NCBI GenBank assembly: GCA_043228905.1
Contig: JBHGNT010000011.1
Span: forward strand, 18,600,001 to 18,664,000
Direction: 5' to 3'
Length of the DNA stretch: 64,000 nucleotides
Origin: Azolla caroliniana
Taxonomy: Eukaryota; Plantae; Polypodiophyta
A model generated the notes under the pieces. The model worked only from the letters and a program-made list of their open reading frames with translations, was not told the DNA's origin and made no database searches. Positions 38,501-50,831 of the stretch are shown piece after piece (position 1 is the first letter of the stretch; every line of letters starts with the position of its first letter). A program made the translations under genes and the position numbers.

Positions 38501-39546
38501 AAGTTCTAGGACTATCCATGGACAGAAGGGCTGTGCGGATTGGAACCGAATGCGAAATTTGCATCAGGGCAATGATAAATCCTGGGGCATCAGGGTCAGA
38601 TGAAGCTCTTCACCGGATTATTCGGTTGGAATAATTACTCAAACTATTGTAGCCTAATTTGTTCCCAAAAGGATCGTCATTAGATGCTTGCTTTAGCTAG
38701 TGTGTTGTAGGGATGAGCTATTTCAACACCAGCATTGAAAAATCCGGAGTCGATGCTAAAAAATATGGAACATTTACTCCAAAATGGCTTACAGGCCAGC
38801 AAGCAGAGAATATGCTAGAGTATCCTACTTGTGTTAATGTCATCTTCCCATGTTCCATATTTTGGGTGGAGGGGTGTCTATGTAAAGCTATGAGTTCCAC
38901 TTTGCACCATCGTAATTTAATGGAAAACATGTGGTCAAAGCCATCAACACATTTGAGATGGTTGGGAACATTGGTCTTTGCTAATTGGCTAAATTTCAGG
39001 AAGTTAGGAAACAATTTCTATCTTTGTCTGATTTTATTCTCATTATAAAGACTTTCAATTGCCAGATTCAAAAACCCAATCATCGTTTTAGTGAATGTAG
39101 ATAGCCACTTCCCGAACACAGAATGTAGAGAAACTTCTATTAGAAACAAAAACAGGCATTACAAATATATCTACTTGCAGCTCGGATATGAGTTTTCCAA
39201 ACGAAACCAAAACAACACTTGTAATATCACGATCTATATCATCGAGAGCTTGTTTCTGCAAAAAAGGAAACTTTGATAATACTTACAGCTGCTGCGATAC
39301 GATCCGCGTACTCGGACTGTGCTGTAAAAAGCCTCATCTTCACGAGCAAGCCATTTGTCTCATTATCAGAGTTCATTGAAAAAGAGAAAGAAGAAGAAGA
39401 AGAAGGAAAAAAAAAAGGAGCCAGAATTAACTGAGAAAATGAGCGATGACCTGCACGATGATGAAGACGAGGGCTCCGAGGAGGAGGAGGACGCGGGCGT
39501 CGCAGAAGGCGCGCTGGACGAAGGAGGAGAAGCCTCCCCCGGCCAT
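26526..39546 (-). CDS. GNT1: Alpha-1,3-mannosyl-glycoprotein 2-beta-N-acetylglucosaminyltransferase (GnTI, GT13), 451 aa, 18 exons: 39451-39546, 39287-39337, 37428-37515, 35872-35934, 35744-35781, 33724-33800, 33488-33533, 33295-33357, 33141-33207, 31240-31308, 31092-31161, 30933-30994, 30744-30834, 30581-30674, 30057-30119, 26957-26995, 26713-26883, 26526-26633
   Basis: Manual splicing gives [32 protein letters not shown] (TM) [125 protein letters not shown]. All exon phases are consistent (1356 nt). Confidence 0.96.
27200..27500 (-). mobile_element. Degenerate LINE fragment related to the 34.4-35.4 kb element
   Basis: Minus-strand GAGACTGATGGAGAAACCTC and CTCTTTGATAGTATGATC resemble GAGATTGATGGAAAAACCTC and CTATTTGATAACTCTTATT at 34.77-34.89 kb. 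Confidence 0.35.
27607..27681 (+). pseudogene. trnD: Plastid-derived tRNA-Asp(GUC) pseudogene (NUPT)
   Basis: GGGATTGTTGTTCAATTGGTTAAGAGCACCACCCTGTCAAGGCAGAAGTTGCAGGTTCGAGACCCATCCATCCTG matches plastid trnD-GUC, with several CG>CA/TG changes that break the stems. Confidence 0.9.
27784..27828 (-). pseudogene. trnY: 3' half of plastid tRNA-Tyr (NUPT), truncated just before the anticodon
   Basis: TGGGTCGAGCTGGATTCGAACCAGCGTAG..GCGGATTT is the reverse complement of the plastid trnY T-arm, acceptor stem and variable arm. Confidence 0.8.
27828..29344 (+). mobile_element. LTR-like segment with tRNA-type A/B boxes, TATA and internal tandem repeats
   Basis: A box TGGCCTAGTGG (27828), B box GAGTTCAAATC (27871) and CTATAAAATAGG (~27974), followed by a TAGGGTTT/CT-rich tract. 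Ends ..CACAACA at 29344. Composition differs from the flanks. No TSD seen. Confidence 0.5.
28650..29110. repeat. Tandem repeat, 105-108-bp unit x ~4
   Basis: GTCTTGTGACGAGGGAG at 28693, 28798, 28906 and 29011. Confidence 0.95.
29400..29800 (+). pseudogene. ndhB: Plastid ndhB fragment (NUPT): group II intron domains V-VI (to 29478) plus start of exon 2
   Basis: GAGCCATGCGAAATTAGAATTTCATACACGGTT..TTTTCGACTCTGAC|TCTCCCACA is the ndhB intron 3' end. It is followed by [52 protein letters not shown]. Confidence 0.93.
30675..30743 (-). other. U12-type AT-AC intron (GnTI intron 13)
   Basis: 5' ATATCCTT, branch TTCTTTGAC about 11 nt from the 3' AC. Splicing restores WPKA|YWDDW. Confidence 0.92.
31304..32143. 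repeat. Near-identical 419-bp tandem duplication in GnTI intron 9, including the exon-10 splice acceptor
   Basis: ATGCCCTGAAAAGCATGAGGAAAC at 31304 and 31723. Only a few mismatches (compare the twin 67-aa ORFs at 31436 and 31855). Confidence 0.96.
34400..35430 (+). mobile_element. Degenerate LINE (RTE/L2-like) reverse-transcriptase/C-terminal remnant in GnTI intron 5
   Basis: Fragments [33 protein letters not shown] and VPYDIIKVE are typical of the LINE RT thumb region. Many stops and frameshifts. Confidence 0.55.
38280..38900 (-). mobile_element. Degenerate LINE 3' remnant in GnTI intron 2
   Basis: Minus strand gives [18 protein letters not shown]-like pieces resembling the LINE C-terminal Cys/His region. 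Heavily degraded. Confidence 0.3.
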
Positions 39547-41665
39547 GGAAATGGCTCTCTCGCTCTCTGAGTCTGTCTGCGTGTGCCTGTCGGAGTCTTG
39601 TCTCTGTGCGATCAGATCGATCGTCGATAGATCGTTCGACCAAGAGCAAATGCGATATAATTAATTAGATATATACATATTCTGAGCGTTATATGAATGA
39701 ATTATATATGAATTGACTCCGTCGTCCTCACTCAGTCTCTCCTACTCTTACTACTCTGTGTCAACATATTTCTTTTCAATCGGAACCTCGTGAGATTATC
39801 GGATTGATTATGTATGAGATTGTCCATAAAAACCAGCTTTAATGTGTCTAGACCATGATTATCGGATCAATTATGAGATTGTCGATAAAACCCTATTAGG
39901 ATATGACCTAATTGCTTAATGTGTCTTGAGTCTTGACCATTCTCTCTTGGATGACATGAAGATCAAGTGTTCTCGATGGATACAACACTCAATAAACCCA
40001 CTAATCCCTTAACTCCTCGTGTTCCATTTCCTATCATTGGAGGAGCAAAACGTAGATATTTGAATATGCCTTGGAAGAGCTTGTATCGGCCTAAGAAGAG
40101 ACAACCTCCTTTTGACAACCAAAGAAGAAAACATTAAAGCATCCTCATGAATCCATTCCATTGTTTGCTTGCGTGGCCTATTTGTTGAGACAAAAATTCA
40201 CCTCCATGCGTTAAATAATCAAATGCAAGGGTTATATGTTCAACTAGTGGAGGGACTTTGTTGGCCTCTTTTGAAGTGTCAATGATCACTTTCGATGAAA
40301 CAATTGTTGATTTGCAACGATGTTGAACATTATCACAATGAACCTAATGACATGAGCACGATAAATTTCAAGGCTGCATTGTTTCAAGAACATGCCTTGC
40401 AATATTTAATGGTAGACTAGTTGTAGGTTGCCCACAAAAGCACTGTCACAAGACTGTGGCATAACTTCGTTTACTTTAAGCATATTGCAAGGAATTTTAC
40501 TTCCTTGATGTGAAAGCAACAAGGGGAGATATTGAGCATGCTTATATTGTATTAGGCATACTTAACGAGGACATAAACTATTTTTGCATGAAAGAGACCA
40601 TTAGGTAGGCGATGGAATGAATAAAACCATGGAAACTAAAAGGTGGGATAAAGATGCAACATGCAAACACATATTAGTTGCTCGAGTGGTTCAACTATAA
40701 CGTGTAATTGTTGATCAAGTGCTAATAACGTAATATAGTACCACATTTTATACTTATTCTTATTCGATTTTATATAAAACATACATGGGTTACATCGTGT
40801 GAATCATTGGTAACACGGTACATCGTTATATTATTGCTTCCAAACTTCTTTAGCGTTCATCGAATTGCACAATATGTTCAAACGAGGTCATACACAAAGG
40901 TTGAGAGCAAATGTGTATTTTTCATCGGTGCAGACATTGGTATGTGCATTGGGAGAATTGCACAATGGATGCAAATCTATGCGTAAGGAAAAGAGAGCAA
41001 TGGGTGGAAATCTAGAACATAAAGCCTCGTGGACATTCGAAACTGGGAAAAGGCTAAAACATTGTAAATGACTATGAAGATCATTTTTTGTACATTTGAC
41101 AGGTCTTCAAGATTTGGATCGGTACTATTCTCTCTCCCTCAATCGCGGAGGAGCATTGGGCCGGACAACCTTACCAATGGAGCCACAACCTTCTAGCCTT
41201 TATTATTATTATTCGCCTTCCTCTGACAAGACGAGCGTCGACGAATTCAGGGTTGTAAGTTAACGCATCATTATGTCTCGAGAAATGACTAAAACGAGTA
41301 ACGAAGCCGATGTTAAGTAAGGCGAGGTCCATTCACGGATCCTAGTAAAGGAGAATCGTGGGCTCGAACATATGTGATGACTTAGGAGGCTATCTGGAAC
41401 TGGCTCAAACGGGGCCCCAACCCCCTTGATGGCCGATGGTCGGGGCAGCCTCCTATCTCGAATGAATCAAAATCCCCTATCTCAAATGAATCATCAGCAA
41501 AGAGGGGAAAGAATGAGAATTGGAGTGGGCACAAATTGTGTACCCCCCCCCCCCCCCCCCCCCCAACAAAACAGAAAAAAAACACAAACAAAACTCCTTC
41601 CCCTGTTCCATCTCTCTCCTTCCTGCTCCTCAGTTTCTGTTTGTAAATCCTTGTCCTGACCGGCC

Positions 41666-44600
41666 ATGAGAGCTCTTGTAGATGCTGCTTCGGCCATGGC
41701 GGCGGCGCATCGGAGCCCCTCTGATTCCACCATTCCATGGTTCGAGCCTCCCCAATTCAGTTCTGCTGCCTGGAATCCACCATGCTCGAGCACCGGCAGC
41801 AATAACAGTCTCTGTATCGCAAGCCGCCCCTGCCACCGCCCCCCCCTCAGGAACCTCCTCCTCATTCGCAGTGCATCCAGCAACACCACCACCAAAGGCT
41901 TGCCTTCAGGTATAATGTTCATGTATACACATGGAGATTCATGATCTTTTACCTTGCAGTGCTCTTAATTCTCTTATATATAATCGTGTTGATAGTTGAA
42001 TAGAATTCTCTTCTTTCTTCCCAGATGCAGGGCATGAGAAGCAGCTCGACAGAGCACTGGCAGTGGGAGAAGGCATTTGCATTGCCTCGGCCACATCTGC
42101 ATTCATTGTGGCCCACTCCATGGGTCATCTTCATCCGCGAAGAAGAAACTCTGACAGCCTTGTAGGTACTTCCTCCCCTCCTTTTCTCTACGTAATCATG
42201 CATTTTTGCGACATCTTTTCTCTACATATCAGGAGGTTCTTGTATATTTTTGAATTGATGAGGCAATATCAAGTCAAGTTTCACACTTTCAGGGTCTGCC
42301 TCATCACCTTCTACACTGTTATTCCCGATACCACAAAGGATTAGTGAGAGCCTTCCTGCATGGCAAAACTTGTTTCTTCTACTTGCGCTTATCGTCAATG
42401 CTATTTCTAGGGCACGGCAACGGCACGAGAGCAACTACAACAGGAGAGGAAGGAACTATGTCATTGATGCAAATCTTGAACTTGAGGATCGGATAAAAAA
42501 ACTTGAGGAAGAGCTCGGTGACACTGTAACAATTGTTAGGGTGCTTTCCAAGCACCTAGAGAAGTTGGGTGTCAGATTTCGTTTGACTCGACGAACGTTA
42601 CGTGATCCAATACAAGAGGTTTTGCTTTTATCAAACAATTTAACGTTACATTCTGAAGTTGGTTGTATGGCTCAATGAAGTCTTGAGTTAACATTTGTAT
42701 ATACTGTATGATTCTAGTTTATTGTAACTTTGAGCATGCTGGATCTACCATGGTGCTCATTTTTATGCTAGCTTTAGGCAAAATATTCTTGTCTTTACTA
42801 AGGTGAATCTTGAAACATCATGTAGACCATATATTTCTACACTTCCTTCTGTCATGTGGATTCATTAACATATGATATTTGGACATGTCTTGTTTACTTC
42901 TGATTTCATTCTTAGCTATGATTTTTATTCTTATTGATTGCGACCTTAATCCAATCCTACCATTGTGTCCTGTTTCATATATATATATGACCATCTCTAT
43001 CAACGAATTAATTTTAGAAAGCTACAAATCCTTGAAATTTTAGGGAGAGCTCAGCATGTAATCTCCATTAACTGATTGATGTCTCATATTTCTAAGAGCT
43101 ATTCATTAGTGAAGAGATATTCATGTGACTAACTTCCTATTGTTCATGCAGACTGCTCTTTTAGCTCAAAAGACGTCAGATTCACTCAATGTTTTGGCTG
43201 CACGTGGGAATGAAGTGGAAAAAGGGTTGGAGGCAATACAATATGCTTTACTTGGAATGCAGGTATGTGTATTTACTATTGAGTTGAATGAAATCAATGT
43301 CTGGATTCTGATGTGTTTCTTCTTCGTAAATGAACTTTATTATTTGAAAGCTTTTTTGTCAACACATAATATTCTTCAGTGAGCTGTTTTTATTAGTTGC
43401 ACAAATACTCACTTTCTGCCTTCCAGTGGATGTCAACAAAACAAGATGATGACTAAGTTTCAAATGTGTATAATGTCTGTAGGCAAATCCTGAAAATCCA
43501 TCTCATTTGGAAAAGTTGATTTTATTCCACTGATCATCAATTAAGAGCCTTTTATCTGAAGGCCATTGATTGCAAAGCTACAGGATGTCAGCTAATCAAT
43601 GTGTTTAATAAATCTTGCTGTAGAAATAATCTATAATATTGACACCAGAGACATGCTAACCATGCATGATCACAACATCTTAGAACAGTGTAGCATCATC
43701 TTTTGGATGATGAGGAGAGGCTATGAAAAATGTCCCCAAATGCTTCACATTTCCTTCCACATTCTCTTTTGGTTTTGCGATATCTGAAAAAGCATGCAGC
43801 CAAAGACATTGGGAGGCTAAGTTCAATTATTCAAATGCGTGCGTATCCATGCATTTTTAGGAAGACGAAAAAATGTATCAATGCTTGTTCTTTGTGAAAA
43901 TTTGTAGGGGAATTCTTTACATTGAAGCAACCTTCAGAAAAAGAAAAACTGTTTATTCCCTTTATCATTGCCTTGAGTAGTTAATGCAGATGAAATATTG
44001 AAGGAACAGGCACAGTGCCACTAGCAATCCATGTACATTCAACTATTTGTATATGGCCCCATTCAAGCAAACTTGATGTGTGCCGTCCATGATCCCTTAA
44101 CTTGCCATATCTATGGTTTTATATAAGATCAATCTGAGTTATGAAGAGTTTTCCTATATTGTCTTGCTAATCAAATATAATGCCAAAAATCTTTATTCAA
44201 GAATATTTTCATCCTTGAAAACATGATCTAAAAGTCTCTATCTGATCTTCAAAAAGTATATTCATTGTCAAAAAACATGTTGCCCATTATTCCTGTTTCC
44301 CACCATTTCATGCCCAAAATGGCTTGCTTGGAAAAGAGAATGAAGAACAAATCCCTAAAAAGCATGTTGGAAAAGTTTTTACACATAAAACAGGCACATA
44401 AGATTATAACAATTAAAACTTACCTTTTTAAACAAACCATTTTTCTAATATTTCTAGTGAGAATTAAGTCCGGTTTGTTGTTGCATTTTCATTGCATGCT
44501 TTCAATTGTTTCCTTTAACTTAAGGCAATTTCTTTTGACATCTCTGTCAGCTTTCAATATAATGCTATTGATTTTTATTTGTTGCTTGCTTGCTTTTGTC

Positions 44601-44868
44601 ATAGGATAACCAAACCAAACAATTGGAGCTTATTTCAGCTCTTGCAAAACTGGTGAAGCACAGGACAAAGAACCAAATTATGGAGCCCAATCTGGCAAAG
44701 TCTAATGGAAATGACAGCAGGCACATTGACAAAAACAGCGAAATAGGGAGGCATAAGATTCAAAATGGCGTTACTGCAAGTCCTCCACGAGATAATCTAA
44801 TTCCGAGCAGAGTAGATTATTGGCTTAACAATGAAAGTTCATCTTCTAAGGCTGAAGTAACCCAATAA
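41666..44868 (+). CDS. Conserved uncharacterised plant protein (putative transit peptide, hydrophobic segments, coiled coil); exons 41666-41909, 42025-42165, 42293-42618, 43152-43262, 44605-44868
   Basis: GT-AG exons join in frame. The core RIKKLEEELGDTVTIVRVLSKHLEKLGVRFRLTRRTLRDPIQE/TALLAQK..ALLGMQ/DNQTKQLELI resembles, from memory, the Arabidopsis AT5G65250-like family. Start could be 41696. Confidence 0.75.
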
Positions 44869-46199
44869 TCCATGCGTTTAGGCTCTGGATTTGGAAACTG
44901 AGGGACAGGAAGATCAAGATGTTGAGTAAAATATTAGAAGCTCAGGTAATTTTCATTTACTAAACAAGGAGACATCTGCTACTCATAGGCCTGGCTGTAA
45001 GTCTGCCTATTGGTCTTCCATATATAACTAGCAAATCGTGATCTTTGCAAGTCAAATTTAACCTAGTTTCCAGACCATGATTTTTTGGATCATTCGAAAA
45101 TATCGAAGTCCAGAAGAGCATTTGATCTACGTGGATTTGTTCAATAACAACAAATAGAGCTTAGAAAGTAATCATTGTCGGTAATAATTATAATGAAAGC
45201 TTGTTTAAGAGATTATAAATTGTTTTTGGACATTGAAGTAATGATCAGAAAGTACCTCTCAAATGAATATAGTCCCTAAACACATTGGTCTTGACTCTTA
45301 TTCATGAAGAATTAACAAGACAATTAACTGTTGAATTGTAATGGTCTACATATTGGAAGAAGGCCTACACACGGGTCGTATTCATGAAGAATTAACAGGA
45401 AAATTTATTGTTGAGCCAAATGGTCTAGAAACTATAGGAAGACCGAGGGAGATTTGTGCCATTCAAAGAGTTTATAAGTACACATTGAAAATTAAGGACA
45501 ATGCCTTGAAATTGCCTCTCCACAACCACATGGATGTTTGTTGTATAAATATCATGAAAGCAAATTTCTTTCCTAGTTCTAAGACATCTACAATTGGTAT
45601 TGAAGATGGCATGTTGAGGAAAAGAACGAAACGTGAGAACATAATGTACTTGGTAAAGTCGGAGGCTCCTCATATGAAATGGAGGACAACCAAGTATAAA
45701 TTTAAGTTTGTGTATTATTATCATCAATGCACAATAATCAGATGGTTACGATGGTTGATAGCCAATGCCCATGCTTGCATTTGTGTAGACTTGCTAAAGT
45801 GAGCGAGAAGTGCACCCAAAACTAAGTAAGAAAATAGAATTTGGGACCAATCAATATTGCCTCCATGTATCAAAGGCCTATGGAAGGCCTACCATATCTA
45901 GACATGAAGTATGGTTTTCACTAGTACCTACATGGTTACACTAGCTTTCAAGAACTCCTAACTTGAACATGATCATCTCAAATGGCATTAGAAATGCTCT
46001 TTTCTTGTCAACTTGACCACAAAAACAAACTCGTCGAAGATCCAAACATTGAAGTTGGGGAATATGTGTGTTTCATTTCATCCCCTTTTTTTGACCCTCT
46101 TAAAAATTTGTCAAGTGAGAGATTGTGTTCGATCTAGAAGGTCTAGTTGGCTCGCATTCGACAAGTCAGTTGGGGCTACACATCAAGACGGTGGCAAAT

Positions 46200-46730
46200 A
46201 CTACATCAGACTTGGAAGTGACAAGGGATTCACGAGATCAAGTACCCCTGGCCACATTGTTCTTTATATTGATGACATAATCTTAGTATGCAATACTCAA
46301 ATGGGTAGGGAAAATCATCTTAATGCATTTGATGGCTCGTGCAAACAATGAAGCCATGAACTTCATTGGGGCTCAAAGGTGCATGTAGTTGAATTTTGCT
46401 CAAGGTCATATAGTCTCTATATTTCTACAAAGGACCGTAATTTGTCATCCATTTCGAAGGTATACTATTGGTGACATCAATCATTCTTTATTTGTAGAAG
46501 TATTGAGCTTTTTGGAGCTCGTAGGCAAGGTCTTTATGGCATTCTAGAGGGTGACAACAAGGTCCTCTGCAAACAAGAATTGCATGGGATGTTGGGGATA
46601 TGGATACGAAACTATGACCATGGTTTGTAAAGAAGGGGACCATCTAGGTTGACGAGTGAGTGAATGGTACTGTAATGAGCAAGTTCCATGCAAGGGAGCT
46701 TCGAGATCCATTTATCTTAATAGTAGCTGA
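46200..46730 (+). mobile_element. Degenerate Ty1/copia RT-RNaseH remnant
   Basis: IVLYIDDIILV matches the copia LYVDD motif. Downstream TTCCATGCAAGG..GAGATCCAT resembles FHARTKHIEI. Confidence 0.5.
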
Positions 46731-47246
46731 TGTAGAAACATGAGTTCTAAACTTTGAATCCCTTGTTCAGTTCAACCATCAGTACATCGGGTGAGGGGGG
46801 TGAAAGGCTCGGGAGAGCTTGATCTTTGCATCGAGAAAGGGTTGGCGAGAAATACGAGATGGAAGGGTTAAGAGGCAGCGCCGACAGTGGGAAGGTCGAC
46901 TCGACGACGAAGTCGAAACACAAGTGTCGAACAAAAGTAGCTAAGATCATGGTGCATTATCGGCCGGGCCCTGGCCCTGGGCCGTGTTGTGGCCGAGGCC
47001 GGACAATTGCCGGCCAAATGGAACTCTTTCATCGGCCACGAATTTACCAACAACCGGTTTGGATGGAGGAACCAAGGCTTACTACACATATCATGCTTAC
47101 ACGTGGCACACGGGCATGTCTCTGTCTCTCTCTGTCTCTCTCTCTGTCTCTCTCTGTTTCTCTGTGTCTTTCTGTGTTTTGAGTTAAACCTTGAGCCGGC
47201 ACGCGAGTCGCAGAACCGAGAAGAACCCACAGAAGGATCTAGAGCC

Positions 47247-48290
47247 ATGGCGTATGTAGCAGCGGCGGCGGCGGCGGCGAGGAGAGGCGCCAGGTCTTTG
47301 GCCACCGCTGGGAGCGTGCGTAGCTTCCAGACCTACTCGCTGCCTGATCTGGCCTACGACTATGGCGCGCTCCAGCCTTTCATCAGCGGGGAGATCATGG
47401 AACTCCACCACAGCAAGCACCACAAGGCCTACATCACGAACTTCAATGCGTCCCTGGAGAAGCTCCATGAGGCCAAGGACCCTGCCTCCATCGTCTCCCT
47501 CCAGAGTGCCCTCAATTTCAATGGAGGAGGTCAGCATTCAAATGTCCTGTTTTTAGGGTTTATGATCTATCGCACTTACCTCACATCTATGTTTGCCTTA
47601 TGCGCCTGACGTCTGAACTCTTTGATTTGATGTTCCGCATCCTGCTGAGGGTTGGTTTTTATGTGAATTAGGGCATATTAATCACTCGATCTTCTGGAAG
47701 AACCTAGCGCCGCAAAGCGTAAGTTTAAAATGCCCATTTTCTCTCGCCCCTGAATTCACACGAACATGCACGATGCCTGTTGCACATGGATCATGTACCA
47801 TAATTTTGAATTGCTCTAAATTTCCTGTGAAATGGTCGATTCTCATGCTTCTGATCACAAAAGATGCCTTTTGCACGACAATCATGTACCATAATGTTGA
47901 ATTACTCTAAATTGCACATGAAATGCGTGAATAATATGTTTTGCACATGTTGCAGCATGTTTACATGGCCTTCCTTACATGAAATGTCAAAAGAAAACAA
48001 TGCATATGGTATAACTAAATGATGCATGTATTCTTACTGCACAATAGAGCATACATTGTCTTGATTTAGCAGGTATAAGGAGTTACAAGAACCATTTTAA
48101 ATCATGTCTGCTTCAATGGCTTGGAGGTTCACTTTTGTTTCTGTCCTATGTTCAGGAAGGTGGTGGCGAGGAGCCCAAAGGACCTTTAGCTTCTGAAATC
48201 ACTACTCAGTTTGGTTCTTTAGACAATCTGATTAAAAAGATTAGCACAGTGGGTGCTGCTGTCCAGGGTTCAGGATGGGTGGTATATTCT

Positions 48291-48352
<62 letters not shown>

Positions 48353-49445
48353 TAGTGTATATATTAAAACATGGCGATATGAAAAACCCTTGCTGTCCTT
48401 ACAATAGTGAGGTAAAGTGGTCTCTCTGCACGCTGTTAGACTAGCTGACATAAAGGAAACCCGTTTGAGGGCAAGTTGCCTGCAGAACTCAGTTGTGTGA
48501 GAACTGCCAAATCAGTTTTCCTTTTAATTTATGTACTTATCAAGCATCCATTACCCATACTCTATTTGTACCATGGACCTGTCAAACACTATCTCATACA
48601 AGGTAATTAAACACCCCCATTATGATGGGGGGGGATCTCTCTCTCCCCCTCCCCAGCAAATTTAGTTTTTCGTTGTGCTTTCAGCTTTCGTTTTCGTTTT
48701 ACCATTAGAAAATTCACCACATATGTCTGGGGAGAGTGCTTTGTGACGATTGATCCTATGTGAGTCATGTTGGTCCTGTGGGTGTTAATATATAATGATC
48801 ATATCTAGTCTCTCCTTACGAGTAAAACATAAACTCTACACAAATGCAAGCATGTGCACATGAGCGATTTGTTCTTCACTCTATGGTACTGTATAGATTT
48901 GTTTTGGCATCATACATGGACCTATTGTGCTTGATATAGCACTCTTTTGGTTTGAGTCTCAATACATATATTTCTTTGCCAGTGGCTTGGATTGAACAAG
49001 GAGCTTAAACACCTTGTTGTTGAGACTACAGCCAATCAAGTAAATTTCTCTCCTCTCTCTGTCTCTCTTTTACCCAATGGGGCACTAAAAAAGGAGAATG
49101 TTTTATTCAATGTGACACTTTAAAACAAACAGTAAGTTTGATTTCGTAATTTGTTGCAGGATCCACTCATCAACAAAGGCTTAGTCCCACTATTGGGGAT
49201 CGATGTATGGGAGCATGCATATTATTTGCAGGTAGCACTCTTTGAATTTGGATAGCTTGGCTTTTACTTTTATGCGTCAGATTTCATTGGATTACATAGG
49301 CTCTGCCATCTGGGTGTTGGTCTTAGTTGTGTGCTGATGTTACTTTCATTGACAGTACAAGAACGTGCGCCCAGATTATTTGAAGAATATCTGGAATGTT
49401 GTGAACTGGAAAGATGTGGCTGAAAGATACGAGAAGTCATTGTAG
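47247..49445 (+). CDS. MSD1: Mitochondrial manganese superoxide dismutase; exons 47247-47529, 47672-47718, 48156-48281, 48983-49039, 49160-49231, 49356-49445
   Basis: Ala/Arg-rich presequence, [89 protein letters not shown]. Confidence 0.97.
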
Positions 49446-49784
49446 GGATGATAAGTTTCGATCCATCTGTTCTTTTCACTGATATAGGGTTTTCCTGATG
49501 GGAACCATTGTGGATAATTTTATGGGTCATTTGTGTGTCCTTGAAATAAGGTTGGATAAAACTTGTTTGCGTCTTCGGCACCAAGACTATCAGTGTTTAT
49601 GCAAGAGAAACCATTTTCCGATCTAATTACATGATGTGATTTTGTGCACAAGCCCTTTGATTTCTTGGTCTTTTCAAATGAGGAACCTATTCTCTGGATT
49701 ATAGAGAATCCAGTTATGTTGGTTTTATTTTGTGATGATATTTTATCAAGCACTATGTGCAGATCAGACTAGTTACAAGGATAA

Positions 49785-49990
49785 AATGCTATTTTATGGT
49801 AGGTTTGCTTGTCATGCTAGCTTGATTATACACACACGAGCATTGTTTGAGGACTCTATGCTCTCTAGTTTCAAGGTTGAAATGCTATTTTATGGTAGGT
49901 TTGCTTGTCATGATAGCTTGATTAGACGTACACAACCATTTTTTGAGGGCTCTACTCTTTTCTTTGGCTATCCCGTTACTTGTCATGATG
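49785..49990. repeat. Two-copy tandem repeat (~96 bp)
   Basis: AATGCTATTTTATGGTAGGTTTGCTTGTCATG occurs twice. Confidence 0.85.
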
Positions 49991-50521
49991 AGATGATGTT
50001 ATTCTTGCAAGTATAGGTTTTAGGGCTTCATGTTCTAGTCGGGCTGCTGGATTGCTTGACATAATATATCTACATCATCGGAATTGAACTTTGATCTCCT
50101 CATGAATTTTTGTTGACAAAATAATGGTTATCTAGCGAAGGATGGTGAATCTTAAGCTCCTCAAGTTCCTTTATTTGCAAGTTTTTGTTTCATTAAGCTT
50201 GCCTTCACATCACTCTATAGTGCCATAAAAAGTTGTGTTGATCTTAGTCTTAACTTCACATCAGAATTTGCACATATCGTGCAAATCCTTGAATTTTATG
50301 AAACTTAATTTCTTTCAATAAAGGATTATGTCTCAACACGTGGTCTTATTGGTTGTTTCCTATAACACATCCAATCATTCCAACAATGATTTTTCCTCGG
50401 GAAATTTGGAAAGAAATCTTACCGATGATATCTTTGAACTCATTGCAAGTGGACCAACTCTTTGTTATCATTGCCTAGTGACATCCACAATCCACAATGA
50501 TGAAGGCATGACAACAATCTA

Positions 50522-50831
50522 ATGTGCCATCACAACAATACTTGTGGACCTATATATTGTTTACAAAATGAGTGTGGGCCACAAGGCACAACTTATATGC
50601 TCTCAAAGAGGTTTGAGATAGTTCGAATGGTGTTTTTGAGCATGTTGCTTTAACAAAGGTGCAAACTTGGAGATGGATGTGCCATCACAACAATACTTGT
50701 GAATCTATATATTGTTTACAAAATGACTATGGGCGACAAGCCACAACTCATATGCTCTCAAAGAGGTTTGTGATAGTTCAAATGGTGTTTTTGAGCATGT
50801 TGCTTTAACAAAGGTGCAAGCTTGGAGATGG
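50522..50831. repeat. Two-copy tandem duplication (155 bp)
   Basis: ATGTGCCATCACAACAATACTTGTG at 50522 and 50677. Confidence 0.92.

Noticed and set aside
40050-40600. Possible DNA-transposon remnant between GnTI and the next gene
   Set aside because: No terminal repeats or diagnostic motif could be identified by eye.
45341-45802. 153-aa ORF as a gene
   Set aside because: No recognisable domain or splice structure. It is probably a degraded transposon remnant, but I cannot support a family call.
49431-49445. Mn-SOD C-terminus -KSL as a peroxisomal signal
   Set aside because: It is not a canonical PTS1 tripeptide, and the N-terminus is a typical mitochondrial presequence.
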